Assembly: GCA_030704615.1 (NCBI GenBank)
Contig: CM060732.1
Coordinates: forward strand, 60,388,001 to 60,452,000
From: Takakia lepidozioides
Taxonomy: Eukaryota > Plantae > Bryophyta
Direction of reading: 5' to 3'
DNA length: 64,000 nucleotides
In this document: in pieces, positions 1 through 13,003 of the stretch
Layout of the letters: each line of letters starts with the position of its first letter
Numbering within the stretch: the stretch's first letter is position 1
Made by a program: the position numbers and the translations under genes
The notes under the pieces: generated by a model
Seen by the model: only the letters and a program-made list of their open reading frames with translations
What the model was told of the DNA's origin: nothing
The model's database searches: none

Positions 1-354
1 GGAGAAGGGAGATTGGCCAGCTATGAAGATGGCACACCCTGATTATTTCTTGCAAAAGAGACAGGCAGCCAAAGGAAAGAGGAAGAAAGAACCTTCTCAA
101 TATGCTGAACTGGGTAAATCCCTGTGCGACTCGGCTCCAAACCTGACATTTGCTTGTCCTCAGGAACCAGTGTCGCCATTGCTTTTGGGCTCATCAGTTT
201 ACCCCCTGGGACACCTCTCCATGTGGTCAAGAATCTTCGGGTGTTTGGTGACTGCCTTATCTCAAAGATTGTTGGGCGAGCAATTGTTGTGCGCGATGCC
301 AACCATTTTCACCACTTCCAAGATGGGGTCTGTTCTTGTGGGTATTACTGGTGA
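1..354 (+). pseudogene. Degenerate C-terminal DYW domain of a PLS-class PPR RNA-editing factor (5' part outside the window or eroded)
   Basis: ORF 124-354 reads [58 protein letters not shown], the DYW consensus. The HSE(K) catalytic motif is missing, CxxC is FGDC and the terminal tripeptide is YYW. Confidence 0.85.
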
Positions 355-3300
355 TCTGAACAACAATCTGTATCTGGAATTTGATGTATGTTACTGATAA
401 AGAGAATTGGGTGAAATCGAGGTTGCGGCAGCAGAAACAAATCATACTTGTTTGTGTCCACTCAGGCTAAATGCAACCAGTGATTTCATACATTCTAAAA
501 CCAACTTACCCACTCACGGAACTTTTTGCAGCATCGATACATTCATCGTCGTCAACATCATAGTTCCATTCTTGGTTGACAACTGTGTGGTACAAGTTGA
601 GTAAGTTTACCCTGGTTGACAATTGAGGAGCCAATGTACTCTTAAGTGAACTCTTTAGTAGTTCCAGAAATCTGGTTCCAAGCAGTTGTGAATCAATAGC
701 AATAGTGAATATTGTGGCAAAATTTGCAGCACATTCCACCTCCCACCATCAACAAAACCTATAAAGACATAAAACTTCAGCTTCTTGCATTCCATATAAA
801 TCCTGCAGAACAGTTTAAGCTACATGGTGCTCATCAAACAATCGAACGCCTCAAAAGCTGTGATCTGGCTAAAATGGAGGCAAATCTATTAAGAGCTCAT
901 GAAGAAAGGCAGGTTCTTGCACCAGCTATGTCCAGAGCTGTCTCACATAAGTTTAGATTGCAATTGAATGCATGGTTGCAAAAGAATAACCTTTGTTGAT
1001 AGCCTTGGTGGGTGGTGCATCGCACTTGCATGTGAATTATCCCTCTTCCAGATCATTCATTGGGGGGCCAGTCTTGGTTGAAGTATCACTCGGTGCTCAT
1101 CCGCCTTGATCCAGGAATCATCGTCACATGCATTTTCAGTCTGACGTCTTGGGAGCGAAGGATTTTGCAGTGCACCTCCTTTCCAACTAAAAATGTCAGA
1201 CTCACAACACGCTATGTCACCATACAGTTTGGAACCCATGCAAGTACTTTTAAGACCAAGGAATGTGTGGTTTAGCTCTGGCACATTACAGATTGATTCG
1301 GCCAACATGACATCAACACTAGAGAGGGTCCTACACTCAGCAATGGCCTGTACAGTACATAAAATCTACCCAATCCTTCCATTTGACTTAACAAATATGC
1401 CACAAACATGGGCAAGTGATGAAAATGGGCAACTGCACAAACCTTGTCGCAAGGGCTACTCAATGGATGGAACTTAAGACCTGAACCTCATTTGAATTAC
1501 AAAGAAGGGAGGTCCAAGCAAGTAGGAGATTGGGTCAGTGCTATGAATGCGCCCGGTTAGCATTTGGAAGTACATAGCTCAATATTTGCTTTCTTAAGAA
1601 AAGAATTGCCATGCCTGTTTTACCTGCCATGGTAAGTAGATCGACATCCAGCGCATCCATGGGCAGGTGTTAAATGTACTTCTGCATCTGTTCAGGCAAT
1701 TCTTTTCAGCCATGGACTGTTTGGATGTGGATAATCTGTTATTGGTTCTTAACCCAGTGAGGCCATTGTTGGGCTGACATCCAGGGAGAAATGCAGCTCA
1801 ATGCCGATGTTGTGAGGAGCTCTGACATCTAATGGGGGCTTTGTTGTGCGCAGGCTGGAGGCATTTACCTCTTGGCTTCTTCACAATAGGAGCTCTGGTG
1901 ATCACATTATTGTTGCTATCACTGTATTCGTGATATAAAGAGCGATTCAGGTGATCGTGTAATTGTTCTTATCCTTTTATCATGCCCGACAATAGCAGTT
2001 CTGGTGATCATATTAATGTCCCTATCACTGTTGTGATCAATTATGAACGGTTTGTGCTGTGCATTAAACACGAATTTAGATGGGTTCCTAGATACAGCTG
2101 CAGATGGTATTAGCTATTGAGTGCTTGAAGTTCAACAAGCAAACCATCAGAGATATACCATTGGCTTTCAATCGGATAGAGGGCTGGGGAAGGCAGAGAA
2201 AGAAGCAATTTTTTTGGTTAGCCACAGATTCAGCAGTTTGGTGGATGTCTCTTTGTGACCTGACAATCCTCATCAACCCCACTCTTCTCCAAATTTTAGT
2301 GAAAGCAGGGCCCAGTGTGTCTACTTGAGAAAGGTATGTGGTGAGGACTGATCTTTGTCAGATCCTCTTTATTTGTGATTATTCATGTGAGGTGGTGACA
2401 CCCAAGTAATAAAATTCATCTGGTCTATCCTTCTCTAACATGATTGGGTGTTTTATCACTTCAAAATGAGTATTCTTGAGTGCTTTGGGGAAACAGAAAG
2501 TAGCATCTTCTACTCACAACAGATGGATGTTTCCTGCAATTGTATGAAGAAAACATGAAAGCTGACAGCTGAAGTGAAGGCATTTTCAGGTAGTAAACAT
2601 TCTGTCACTAGGGAGAAGTATAGGATTTTGTGCATGGCTTGACTCACTCTCTGAGCAGCGTAAGTCCGATAGAACTGAAGAAAGCTCTGACGTAATTCGC
2701 AGAGCTAAGATCCGCCGCACCTCTCCTGCGGGAAGTCCTGAGGGAAGACGAGCAGGTCCCAGCGGGAAATCTTGACTTGAAGAGCACCCCGTTGATTTGA
2801 ATGCCCCTGTCACCGAGGAAGACCTCTCTCAAGGTGGTAGAGTATTGGTGGTAGAGTATGTGATATGGGTCTGGGTTGTATTGGGCACTCTTCAAAGTAA
2901 TGTATACCATGTATGGACTTCAATCTGGGACACTATCTGGCAGGCCCATTCCCTGTTGCATGGTGGACCTTAAGCTCTGAGCCTCTCCTGGGCAGGCTGA
3001 ATTTCAGTGTGGAAGTTCTTCGTGGATGACTTGTTTCAAACCCTGTATTTGTGACTTGTGCGTTTGTTCCCAGTGAGCACTTTTTCCAGGCGACAACTCT
3101 TGGCTTTGATGAAATGTAAATCATCACCTCTCCACTATCTACACATTGGAGATTTTTGAGATAGTATGATACCTCAAATTTTAAACCCTAAACCCTGAGT
3201 TCAAAAACCTAAAATAGAATGATACTAGAATAGTTTGATTTCTTTCTTTCTTTGTGTCAATATATCTAGCTCTACGAGCTTTGGTTTTTTCCTCTTGGGG

Positions 3301-5870
3301 ACAGTTATACCCATTTGTACAGTCACCCCACTTGGGTCTTTTTATAAAGCTATGCAGGTTATGTATGTTTTTTTTCTTAAAGTGGGGCTGTGACAAAAGT
3401 TCACAGCCTGATTCAATGCTGAATATACTCAGACCACAATTATGGCTGATTCAAACCCAGGGTAATATCAGCTGAGTTCCTGTGGGTTATGCGTCAGATT
3501 TGCTCTACAAGGATGTTGGCTGGCTTCCCTCCTTTGCATAGTAGAGTATGGGGGCAGACTTAACTCCTCAATTAGTTAACCCTACCTTGTTTCCACCATC
3601 TCTGATCCATCTTGATAACCTTTAACCATATTAGTGGGTGTGTGTTGGACTCCATAGGTCCACTATTGGAAAATGGTTGTTAACTCCCCCTGATGATAAG
3701 CTTTCTGGCCTTTCTTGCAGATTTAGATATAATAAGATCTGTGTGGAGTGCATGGGAGCAAGAAGACACAGAGGCCTCAAGGGAAACACCTAGTAGCGAC
3801 AGCTCACAAATCGGGCCCTAGTAGGTAACCTAGCCGTGAAGGCTTTCGCATTGGACACCGCCCAAGGGAAGCGGGGAGAAGAACATACCGCAGCCATCAA
3901 GGTAGCTGTATTTGACCCAGAACCATCTGGGTGGCACTTAGCGCACTGCTACTGATAGGTGCCTTGAACTAAGATCGAGACCTGTCAACCAGTTTGGCGA
4001 AGCAAGTGACTGCTAGAATATCGCCGAACTGACAAGTAAAATGGAGCAGGCTCGCGTGCATGAAGAGATCCACAATTAGGGATTTTAAAGAAGGCTTGGA
4101 GATTGCAAGCGTGGAGAAGATGAGGATGATGGTGTACTGGCAGCTAGAGCAGATCTGCTCTCGATAGGAAATCAGACTTAGCATGGCGTGGTGGTTGGGT
4201 GGACCGGATGCTGTAACCGGTGCTGTGCTTGCAGAGTTGTAAGTCGATGTTAGAATAGACGTCACAGCCTTTGTTGGTCTGCTGCAGCAGCAGGGGCTAT
4301 GATCTCTCTTTTGTACAGAGAGCGATGGTGTAAATACTATGACTAAGGTCTCACAAGTGCTGATTTGAAAAGGGGCAGTTTAGAGTTGATTCTAGTCACT
4401 GTTTGTGAATACACTTCCGTGAAGAACAGGGCTGAACTATCTTTGGACTGGAGTGATCTATGTTACGATCTGAATTGTGACTGGAATAAGAGAGGCTGGT
4501 TACCATGGATCCATACTGGTTTTGGATTGAATTGAGGCCCTATGATTATGAAGAGAGAAGTGCCTTGGAAATGTTGTTGATTTTCTTGTTGGATGAAATC
4601 AAGGAAGCGGTTTTCTTTGGAGTTTTGGTAAATACCCTGTGAACAGCAAAACAAGCATAGCGCCTGAAATTGGTCATAGTTGGACAGAGGAAAGAGTGTC
4701 AGAGCCCTTTCAGCTACCAACTGTTGGTGAGAACTTGGTTCATCGAAGCAAAACGCAAAAAGAGAAAAAGAAAAATATAAAAATACGGTGTCTTAATACG
4801 ATAATCAACATCAACGCCAGGGACGACGTTCATTTCGTCAATCCTCGTAACCCTGTCAGCGTGTGTACCAAGGCCAACGTACACTATTCTTTCTTCTTCA
4901 TCGTCTCAGAATCACAATTGGAGGTTCGTTTTTCGGCAGGGAGCCTGCTTTCATTCTTTAGGCAAATGCCAAATCTCCCTGATTGTGAGTTTTGAACAAA
5001 AAAGAAGTTGCGTGATCAGATTAACTCTGTGCTAAGATCCACTCCGGTGTAGTGATCTCTCAAAGTTATTGGCATCATGTTGACAATTCATAGCCAAGCT
5101 GGCTATTGGTTATTGAGCAGATTGGACAGGTTACACGTGAATCGGGGCAAATGAGGCTGAAGTAGAATGTGTGCCCCTACTAGGAAGGAAAACTTGAAAC
5201 AAGGCATGCGTTGGCGCCAACATAGCAGCTCAGGAGTATGATTCTCTCTCTTGCGTTCGCAATGCACTGACCGTGGCCCTGTCAAATACAAAGGACGGTG
5301 ATCGAGAGAGCCATCGGAAGACAAGATGGTATACCCATTACCTCTACCAGAAGAGGTAATTCATATTAATGCTGCTTAAGCTTCCAAAACTAAAGTCCGG
5401 AAGTTTTCTATGCAGCAAGTAGCTGCATTACTAGTGTGACCAGATCTCTTGATTATCTCGATAAGAGGATTTGAGAGTGTGTACTGAGTGCGCCGAGACA
5501 GAGATAGAGAGGAAAAGGCTTTAGAAGGGAAAGAAACTAGATGAGGGTTTTCCCCATTCACATCGGAGATCCAGGATTCACAATGGAGATCCAGGCCTCT
5601 GTCACATTAGTGATTGCAGGGCCAAAATTCTATAACAGATCACACTAAGCCCAGCACTTACCTCAAGAGCCTCAAAAGGACAATTTACCGTATTCTGTAT
5701 AGTACCCTGTGACCAATTTCAGTCGGGTTTCAATCTGACGAGATGGTACTGGGTGTTTGGTTACAGTCGACAATGAGATATGCGTGCAGCAATCTCGGTC
5801 TCCATGGATCTGTGATGGCCTAGTCCTGGGGTCAACCGTGGCCGCAATATCCTCCACATCAGCCCTTGCG

Positions 5871-5982
5871 TTCTCTTCAGCTCTTATGAGGTTTCCTAAC
5901 ATCACTCCTTCCTACTCTGCTACCTCTGTCCCATTCTCTTCAGCTCTTATGAGGTTTCCTAACATCACTCCTTCCTACTCTG
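5871..5982. repeat. Two-copy tandem duplication, period 63 bp
   Basis: TTCTCTTCAGCTCTTATGAGGTTTCCTAACATCACTCCTTCCTACTCTG occurs at 5871 and 5934. Confidence 0.9.
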
Positions 5983-7471
5983 TCACCAACGCACTACAAC
6001 AAGCTGTGATTGACACTACAGGAACTTGCAGAAATAAGGAAAAGGTTCTCTTACGAGTGAGCCTCCAATCCAAGAATATGCTCTCAACTTTTGAAGTGTC
6101 AGCCGGCCTAGTATCACCATGGCTTCAAGCAGCAAAAATTCAAGTTTCATAGCCAAAGGACTCGAGCCAGCACTTTCGCAACACTGAAATTGATTACTGG
6201 GTTACAATATTAAACTCCAGTCCAACCCCGATTGCCTCCTTTCCATGCTTATCTAATGGATCCTCGCCGATATTCGTTGTTTCAATCTACATCCCCAGTC
6301 GAGATCAAGACCGTTCAAAAACGTCCGGTCCGTTGTTCCTCGTAAATGAAGGGTCAAGATGGTCCGACCATGACAGCACTAGTTGGATTGATAATTGGGC
6401 GCAGGGTGGCGGTTACCAAGTCGTAGGGGCGCTTCCATGCACGCCTCCTTCAACCACAGCAAACAAGTCCAGATGATGAGCCTCCACAAGAGAACCTGAA
6501 TCCTCACAAAACGTGATATGGAGTACAGTGGGGGGTGCGCTGGATACATTGAAGGAAGAGTTTGACTCCCCGGAGAAGTTCATTCATATGTAGAAAAGTC
6601 TCAAGTGAATCTGTGGGAACCTGGAAATCATAAGCCTGGAGAAATATACTTAATAAATCATAAGAGGCCCTGGCGCTATATTTGAGAATTTCTGACTGCC
6701 AGCTTTGGCTGGACGCAGTGATTCAAGGATCTATTGTTTATAAATTACAGATTCTTCCCTTTGCCTCATCAAGCTACGTGAATTTGTACGACTCATTATC
6801 GAAAGAAATTTTGTAGTTATATATTTCTTTAATTAGACTCCGTTTTAGGGGGCTCAGATCTGGTTGCTTATCGAGTAGATCTTATGATCCGTGGTGAAGT
6901 GATCGACATTCGCGAAATTAAGATACCTGTACTACCAGAGGACGTTCTAGTTTAAGAGGAAATCCTCCTTGGCTGAAGAAGTGTTGCCGAGACCATGCCT
7001 TGCCCTGAGCCAAAGCCTGCAAAGCCATGCGAGCCAACGAACCAATTTCCCGTAAGTCTTTGAGACGCCCTTCCGGCTTACGATTTCTTTCCTCACTCTT
7101 GAAATCATAGCATGGGATCATACATGCTAAATGGGCCGTGAGTAAGATTCAATGGCTTTGCATGGAAATATCTTGCTGTGAATATATAATCGTGATGACT
7201 CTGATTCGAGTCCGATGCCCAGTGTTGTGAACGTGAGGATATGGTTGGTCAAGCGCAGGCTTGATGGTCCTATCGGCAGAGATTTGTTCGACATTTGGTT
7301 TGACATTTGGTTGAGGTGGAGGTAGCCAATGCTCTTCCTTCGGTATATAACATATGCTGATCCTTCACAAAAGTACGAAAGGAAGCTTGGGTCCAGTGGA
7401 AACTATATTGAGAGGCATATTTCCTGACTAGAAAGTTTAGCAAGTGCAGCCTGGTCTATGAACTTCTTCCA

Positions 7472-8700
7472 TTGAAGACCAGGATCATGGTTTTCAATGG
7501 CCAAGCTGATCGTAAATTCATCTTCAACCAGCAGGAAATTGATATTGCGAAATCATACCGGTACCTGGGTCTGGTTATCCACTCCCCCAAGTTTCACTTT
7601 GCAGCCACTGCCCTGGACAGATTGACTAAAGGTAAGGCGGCCTCCGTCCGCCTTCAGGCCAAATGCAAGCAAATACATCTGCGTCATCCCCCAACCAAAA
7701 AGTGGCTGTTTGACACCGTCGTCAGCCCTGCTACCATCTATGCTTGTGAGTTCTGGGCACCTGGTGTCCCTGTCTCCTGGTGGGAAAAGAATTTGGAACC
7801 ATTACAGTCATCTTTTTCTCCAAGCAATGCCTGGCGCCAGGAGCACAACTCCATCTCAGATCCTAGGTGCAGAGTTCGCATGTGTACCATTGCAATCCGA
7901 GGCCCTCTTCCGGCTTACAATCTTTCTCCATAGATTACAGGCCCTTCCACCCAAGGGGCTCGTGGCAAGGGCCCTCACAACATCTATGAGGCTCAAAGCT
8001 GCAGGTTTCAGGAACTCCTGGTATTCTCGAGTGGACAGTTTATTTCAACGTAACGGACTTTCTACTGCTTTCCTATTACCAATGAATCCAGATGAGGTGG
8101 ACATCACATCCAGACATGACCGCAACAGACTCATTAGGAGAGAGCTTATGGAATTACATGTCAAGAGAACTTGGAAGCTACCCAATCTCACGACAAAGCT
8201 CCACTTCTATCGAGAGACATTCTTGGTGCTCCTCGATGATAGAATCTTGAGACCTTATTACCTTTCAGCATCCTTATCTCCTTCCCTCCTGAGGGCATTG
8301 GGGCGGTTCAGGGTGGGTTCCCACAACCTGTGGATAGAGACTGGCAGATGGGAAAACCTGCAACGGGAGGACCGCCTATGTCCAACTTGCATAGGGCGCA
8401 GCCAGGAAATTGAAACTGAAGAACACTTCTTCCTCTACTGCCCTCTATACTACGAGATCCGTGGGAGATGCCACTGTTTATTCAGTGGAACCCAAACTCT
8501 CGCTGATGTCTTCCACTATGAGGATAAAAAATGCTTGGCAGCCTACCTGCACGAGGCCTTCACCCTTAGACAATCGCTAGAACATTAATTCTTGGTTTCT
8601 GGATTTTTTCCTCTCTCATGTTTTCTTCCATTTTGTCCCATAAACTCTATGAGCTTTCCGCGGACGTTATAAAGCACCATTTCATTTCATTTCATTTCCA
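7472..8700 (+). mobile_element. 5'-truncated non-LTR retrotransposon (LINE, RTE-X-like) with (ATTTC)n tail
   Basis: RT C-terminal motif KTRIMVF...SYRYLGL, then ..YACEFW, a frameshift near 7810, then RFRVGSHNLWIETGRW..REDRLCPTC...ETEEHFFLYCPLY (CCHC finger). Stop at 8588, a short 3' UTR, and an ATTTC repeat tail at about 8679-8698. Clade assignment is from motif recall. Confidence 0.8.
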
Positions 8701-8991
8701 CTGGAAATGCCACTGGAAATGAGGTTTCTAGTCCAGCGATTACAATACAAGCTCTAGAATACACTGTAGAATGCACAGCCCGGAGGCAGAACACTCTCTA
8801 ACGAGAACAACCACATACTAGAATTCCACTGAGCCTTCAACATCTAGTTCTATTCATTGACACGGAGAAAATAGCAAGGGTCTGAAAAAATACGTACAAC
8901 TTTGAGCACAGATTTACAGAGAAAAATTTAGATTCATTGTTCAAGCTCTGTTCAAGATTCATACTATCTAACACAGAGAGGGGATGCACAG

Positions 8992-9208
8992 TATGTGGAG
9001 GTTCTGGGTCCAGATGGATCGTCTAGGAGGTTTGCTCTAGGGACCCGAGCAAACTTCGCAGTGGAACGATTCAACAAAAAGCTGGTGGACGATGTGAAGC
9101 CTGTGATCTGCGTGGAGGCATGCAAAAATGGAGAAGAACCAGTTGAGTTTGGGCCTGATGCTGAGCTCGTTAGCCAGGAGACTTGGACTCTGCGCGTTGT
9201 CCAAGAAG
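8992..9208 (+). CDS. Exon encoding an uncharacterised conserved plant domain (YVEVLGPDGSSRRFALGT...KNGEEPVEFGP)
   Basis: Bounded by cag| at 8989-8991 and |gtac at 9209. The RRFAxGT..FAV..N.KL...EA.K.GEEP..FGP pattern recalls a plant protein family of unknown function. Splices in phase into the peroxiredoxin exon via AG at 9415-9416. Start exon not identified. Confidence 0.55.
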
Positions 9209-9421
9209 GTACTTAAGTTGGCTGACTGCCTCTCCTCGTGATTCTTCTTGCACGACTCCCTGTCGTAACTAGAATAGGATGTGTGTTCGTTTCCGAAGCT
9301 TGGCAATGTAGGTATGATGAGCACATACATTTTTATCCACTTACTAATCCAAGATCACGACTGTACTGTATGCCCTTTCTGTTCTTTGGCTTACTGTTTT
9401 TCGTGGGATTACATAGCTCCA

Positions 9422-10258
9422 ATGGCTCCCGTCGCCGTTGGTGAAAAAATTCCTGATGGAGAGTTGACCTTCCTGGACGATGAAGGCAAGCTGCAGAAGT
9501 TCCAAGTCTACGATTATGCTCGTAAGAAGAAAGTCATCTTCTTCGGTGTTCCTGGAGCTTTCACCCCCACATGCAGGTAACCAGGCTCCCATCTTTCCTC
9601 GTTTTCCAACACTTGCTACAGACGAAGTAACGCACAGGGTGGTTCTGGCTGACCAACCAAGATGTCTGCCAATCCCAACACTCACCAGTTGGCTTGATTG
9701 TTTGGCTTTGCAGTCTCAAGCATGTTCCTGGATTCATTGAGAGAGGCCAAGAGATCATAGCAAGGGGCATCGATGAAATCATCTGCTTAACAGGTCTCTT
9801 CTTTTCACTCTCGCACAATAATGTAATTCATAGTGTGGCAGTGTAGCTTTCACTTGAAAGCTTTTATAGCTCTACTGTCCAGGCAAGACTTCGGACTAAG
9901 AGCATGTCCCCAACTTGTCTGGTGTATGCCTGCTTCCTCTCTCTGAACATCCCCACACTTGTGAAATGGATATTTCACTGCAGTGAATGACCCTTTTGTT
10001 GTCAAGGAATGGGAGAAGTGCTACCCAAACAAAGAACATCTCAGATTCCTGGCAGATGGATCAGCCACGTATACTAAGGCTCTTGGCCTGGAGCTCGACT
10101 TAGTGGATCGGGGCATGGGGGTCCGCTCCCGGAGGTACTGTCTCCTTGTCGACGACTTATTTGTGAGGGTTAGCAACATTGAAGAAGGTGGGAACTTGGA
10201 ACTATCCACTGCTGAGAAAATTTTGGAAGATCTCAATCAGAAGGGGAAAGAGGCCTGA
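9422..10258 (+). CDS. PRXII: Type II peroxiredoxin (cytosolic PrxIIB-D-like), 3 exons: 9422-9576, 9714-9793, 9984-10258
   Basis: [24 protein letters not shown] (peroxidatic Cys), VNDPFVVKEW, FLADGS.TYT.ALGL, GVRSRRY. GT-AG introns keep the frame. Confidence 0.95.
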
Positions 10259-11534
10259 GAGATGAACATCACGCACCTAAGTAGGTCATGGCAGGTCCCA
10301 GTAGCTATAGCAATGTGCATTCAGGTCTCAGATAAAGACTGCCAACAAAGGCAGAAGAACTTCTGCAGTGAAAGAGGCCATTCGAGCAGGTGCCCTACCC
10401 TATTTGGTGCAGGAGGACCAACGACTGCCTGGAATACACTTAGTTACTAGTAGTCTTAACATAGGAAGTCCAAGCTCCTTTGCAAAAGACAGAAGTCCCA
10501 ATAAGGCTTAGGCATGGCTCCTCGTTGATGACCTGCAAATATTGAAGTGCATTCATATGCTTTGTACCTGAAAGAGCTGATAGCTGAATAACACTATACT
10601 TGAGCATTCATCCAGTAGTCAATTTGCAATCAAACTGTGGGCCCTGACTTTGGGGTGGTCAGACTGACTAGATTGTTGAGTAGCATGGATGATGACATCA
10701 CCTGAAACAACGCCTCTCAAGCCTCTTGTCAACAGCAAACTTTTACTGTATCCTCTACTATGAACCATCCAATTGAGATTAGCCAGGTAACACCCACCTA
10801 AAGCAAAAAAGATGACAACAAGTGAAAAACAGAAGACATTACTAAGCAGGCACCAAAGTGAGTTTGACCTAAACAGCAATAGCACCATTGATAGGTGCCA
10901 AATCTCCTCTCAAGAATGTGCCACTTTGTAGCATTTTCTTGCTTTTGTATCCTCCCGTGAGTCAAAATTAATTCAAACAGAATGAAGATATCTTTCTCAC
11001 TACTCTGTGTATGGAAGCCAAAACCTCTCCTATTCTGGGTAAGACGCACTATGCAGCAGCAAATGTTGAGCTCCCTATTCGCCTGCACCACATCATCAAC
11101 AACTTTCATTTTCTCTTCCTTGCTCCATTCTCATTTGTTACATCCGCAGGGTCTCCATATGCAAGAACTTCTGTATGTGTATATTCTCTTGACCTTCATT
11201 GGCTAACCTGCGAGGTTTAGTTCGACTCACATCCATCTACAGGGTGCAAAACAGGAAATGCTAACTGAAAAACAATCCCCTGCAAATTGTGCACCCTGGC
11301 AACTTACACCAAGCTTGGCTGTCTTTTCAATGGGCTATCCAAAGGTAACTAAAACTGTGTCAGACATAATAGAATACAGAAAAGTGTGCAGCAATAACAA
11401 GCGGATAGAGTCTGAAAGCACTTGTGCATGTAGCATTGGAGCCGAGGCCGCTGGGCAGCAGGTTGCAGGTGTTTGACAAAATATAAATGAAACCTTCAGC
11501 ATAGGCAAGTGCAAGGGTATTCCTTGACAAAAGC

Positions 11535-13003
11535 CTAAGCCGTGACCACAGGAGCTTGGTAGCCTTGTAGCATTCGTTCGACATACTTTCCAACTATGTC
11601 CACCTCCAGATTGACCTTGCCTCCTACCTGCATACGTAGTAGTGGTTCTCATGAGAGGTGAAAGCAGACTTGGTACACACTGGATCCACCCGAGTTAAGT
11701 GGACAATATGCTATCGTGGGACTAGAAGAGTTCCTAATCTTCCAATGTACAGTCTCTGAACAGAGCTGTCCAGGAATAGTTCAGGTTACAAGGTTGAGAA
11801 TATTAACAAATAGAAATAAAAAGGTTGTAATCACCTTCTTTCCAGGTAAGATGATTTTTTGTTGAGTGTAGGCCACAAGCATAAACGTAAATGCACTCTC
11901 CTTGTCAAGAACCTCAACCACCGTGAGACTTGTTCCATCCACAGCAATGTACCCCTTGGGAACAATATAGCGTAGAAGTTCTGGAGTGGTCCTTACTTTC
12001 ACCCAAAGTGAATCTTCCTCAGGCTCCATGGATAGGATTGTCCCTGTTCCATCGACGTGACCCTGAACAAAGTGGCCGCCCATGCGAGAGGAAGGCTGCA
12101 GTGAGCGCTCAAGGTTTACAGACGAACCTACTGCAGCCTCCCCAAGTGAAGTCCGTCGCAGCGTCTCAGGGGCCAAACCAACAGAGAAGGAACTGGAGTC
12201 AAAGCGAGTCACTGTCAAACATGTTCCATTGACGGCAATGCTATCCCCCAGCTTCACATCCTCTATGACTTTACTTGCCTCCACAATCATTTCAAAGCCT
12301 CCGTTGTCCAACACTTTCACTTCCTTCACTCTCCCCATCTCTTCCACAATGCCTGTAAATAGACAGCGCACCTGTGCCACCCGCCTGTTGCCCAGAGCAT
12401 TAACAATGTTATATTGGATCAAATTGAAAAGTGCAAAGTCCGAGAAAGGAAGACTATGCAAAACAGTTTTCCAAGGGCCAAAATTTCAGAATCTCCAAAT
12501 TCCATACTCATGCTTCCAGTTTACCTTTACCTTTCGTATGAAATTTGAGTTACATCTCACCGAGAAATGATCATGACACAAGATTTTGCTTCTGTAGTGT
12601 TCGTGAAAGTCCTGACTATCTGCTATTAGGAACTCTGCACTGCCCACATCAGAACCCATCGCATCAATCATTTGAGTACATCACGATTTCGACTGAGATA
12701 GAATCAAACCAATATAGGGTACAAAGTAACTCACCCGCTTCCATTGTTCTTAGCCCCAAGTCTGCCCTGTGACCGCAAATTCCAAGCCCAGTTAGTCCGC
12801 CCACAAAATTTGACTCGGAAACCTAGCCCAGATAGCTCCACGGAGATGCGAGAGGCTTGGAAACTTGGGTAAGAGGCTCTCATCATCAATCCAAGCTCTG
12901 GAGACGCAGAAACGGAGGCAGAAACAGCACAAATCGATGCTTGGGCTGACTTCTGCAAATATGGTGATGGCAAGAGAGAACACATTTTCATCATAATTGC
13001 CAT
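11535..13003 (-). CDS. RIBC: Riboflavin synthase (alpha chain) with plastid transit peptide, 3 exons: 13003-12735, 12384-11835, 11627-11535
   Basis: LFTGIVEEMG, GDSIAVNGTCLTV, VNLERS..MGGHFVQGHVDG, KGYIAVDGTSLTV, VNLEVDIVGKYVER. Intron phases are consistent; the N-terminal exon is Ser/Ala-rich. Confidence 0.95.

Noticed and set aside
124-354. Cu/Zn SOD or CCS, from the IVGRAIVV motif
   Set aside because: The surrounding KNLRV..DC and FHHF..G.CSC..YW identify a DYW domain.
400-7450. Possible decayed LINE or other coding remnants on the minus strand (FYYLGV near 2400, PVWI near 4510, a stop-riddled acidic frame at 5670-6500)
   Set aside because: The motifs are isolated and their spacing does not fit an intact ORF1/ORF2; I could not assign them without a search.
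11930-12570. Long antisense ORFs over riboflavin synthase, and similarly over pol and the peroxidases
   Set aside because: These are shadow ORFs on the opposite strand of real coding exons.
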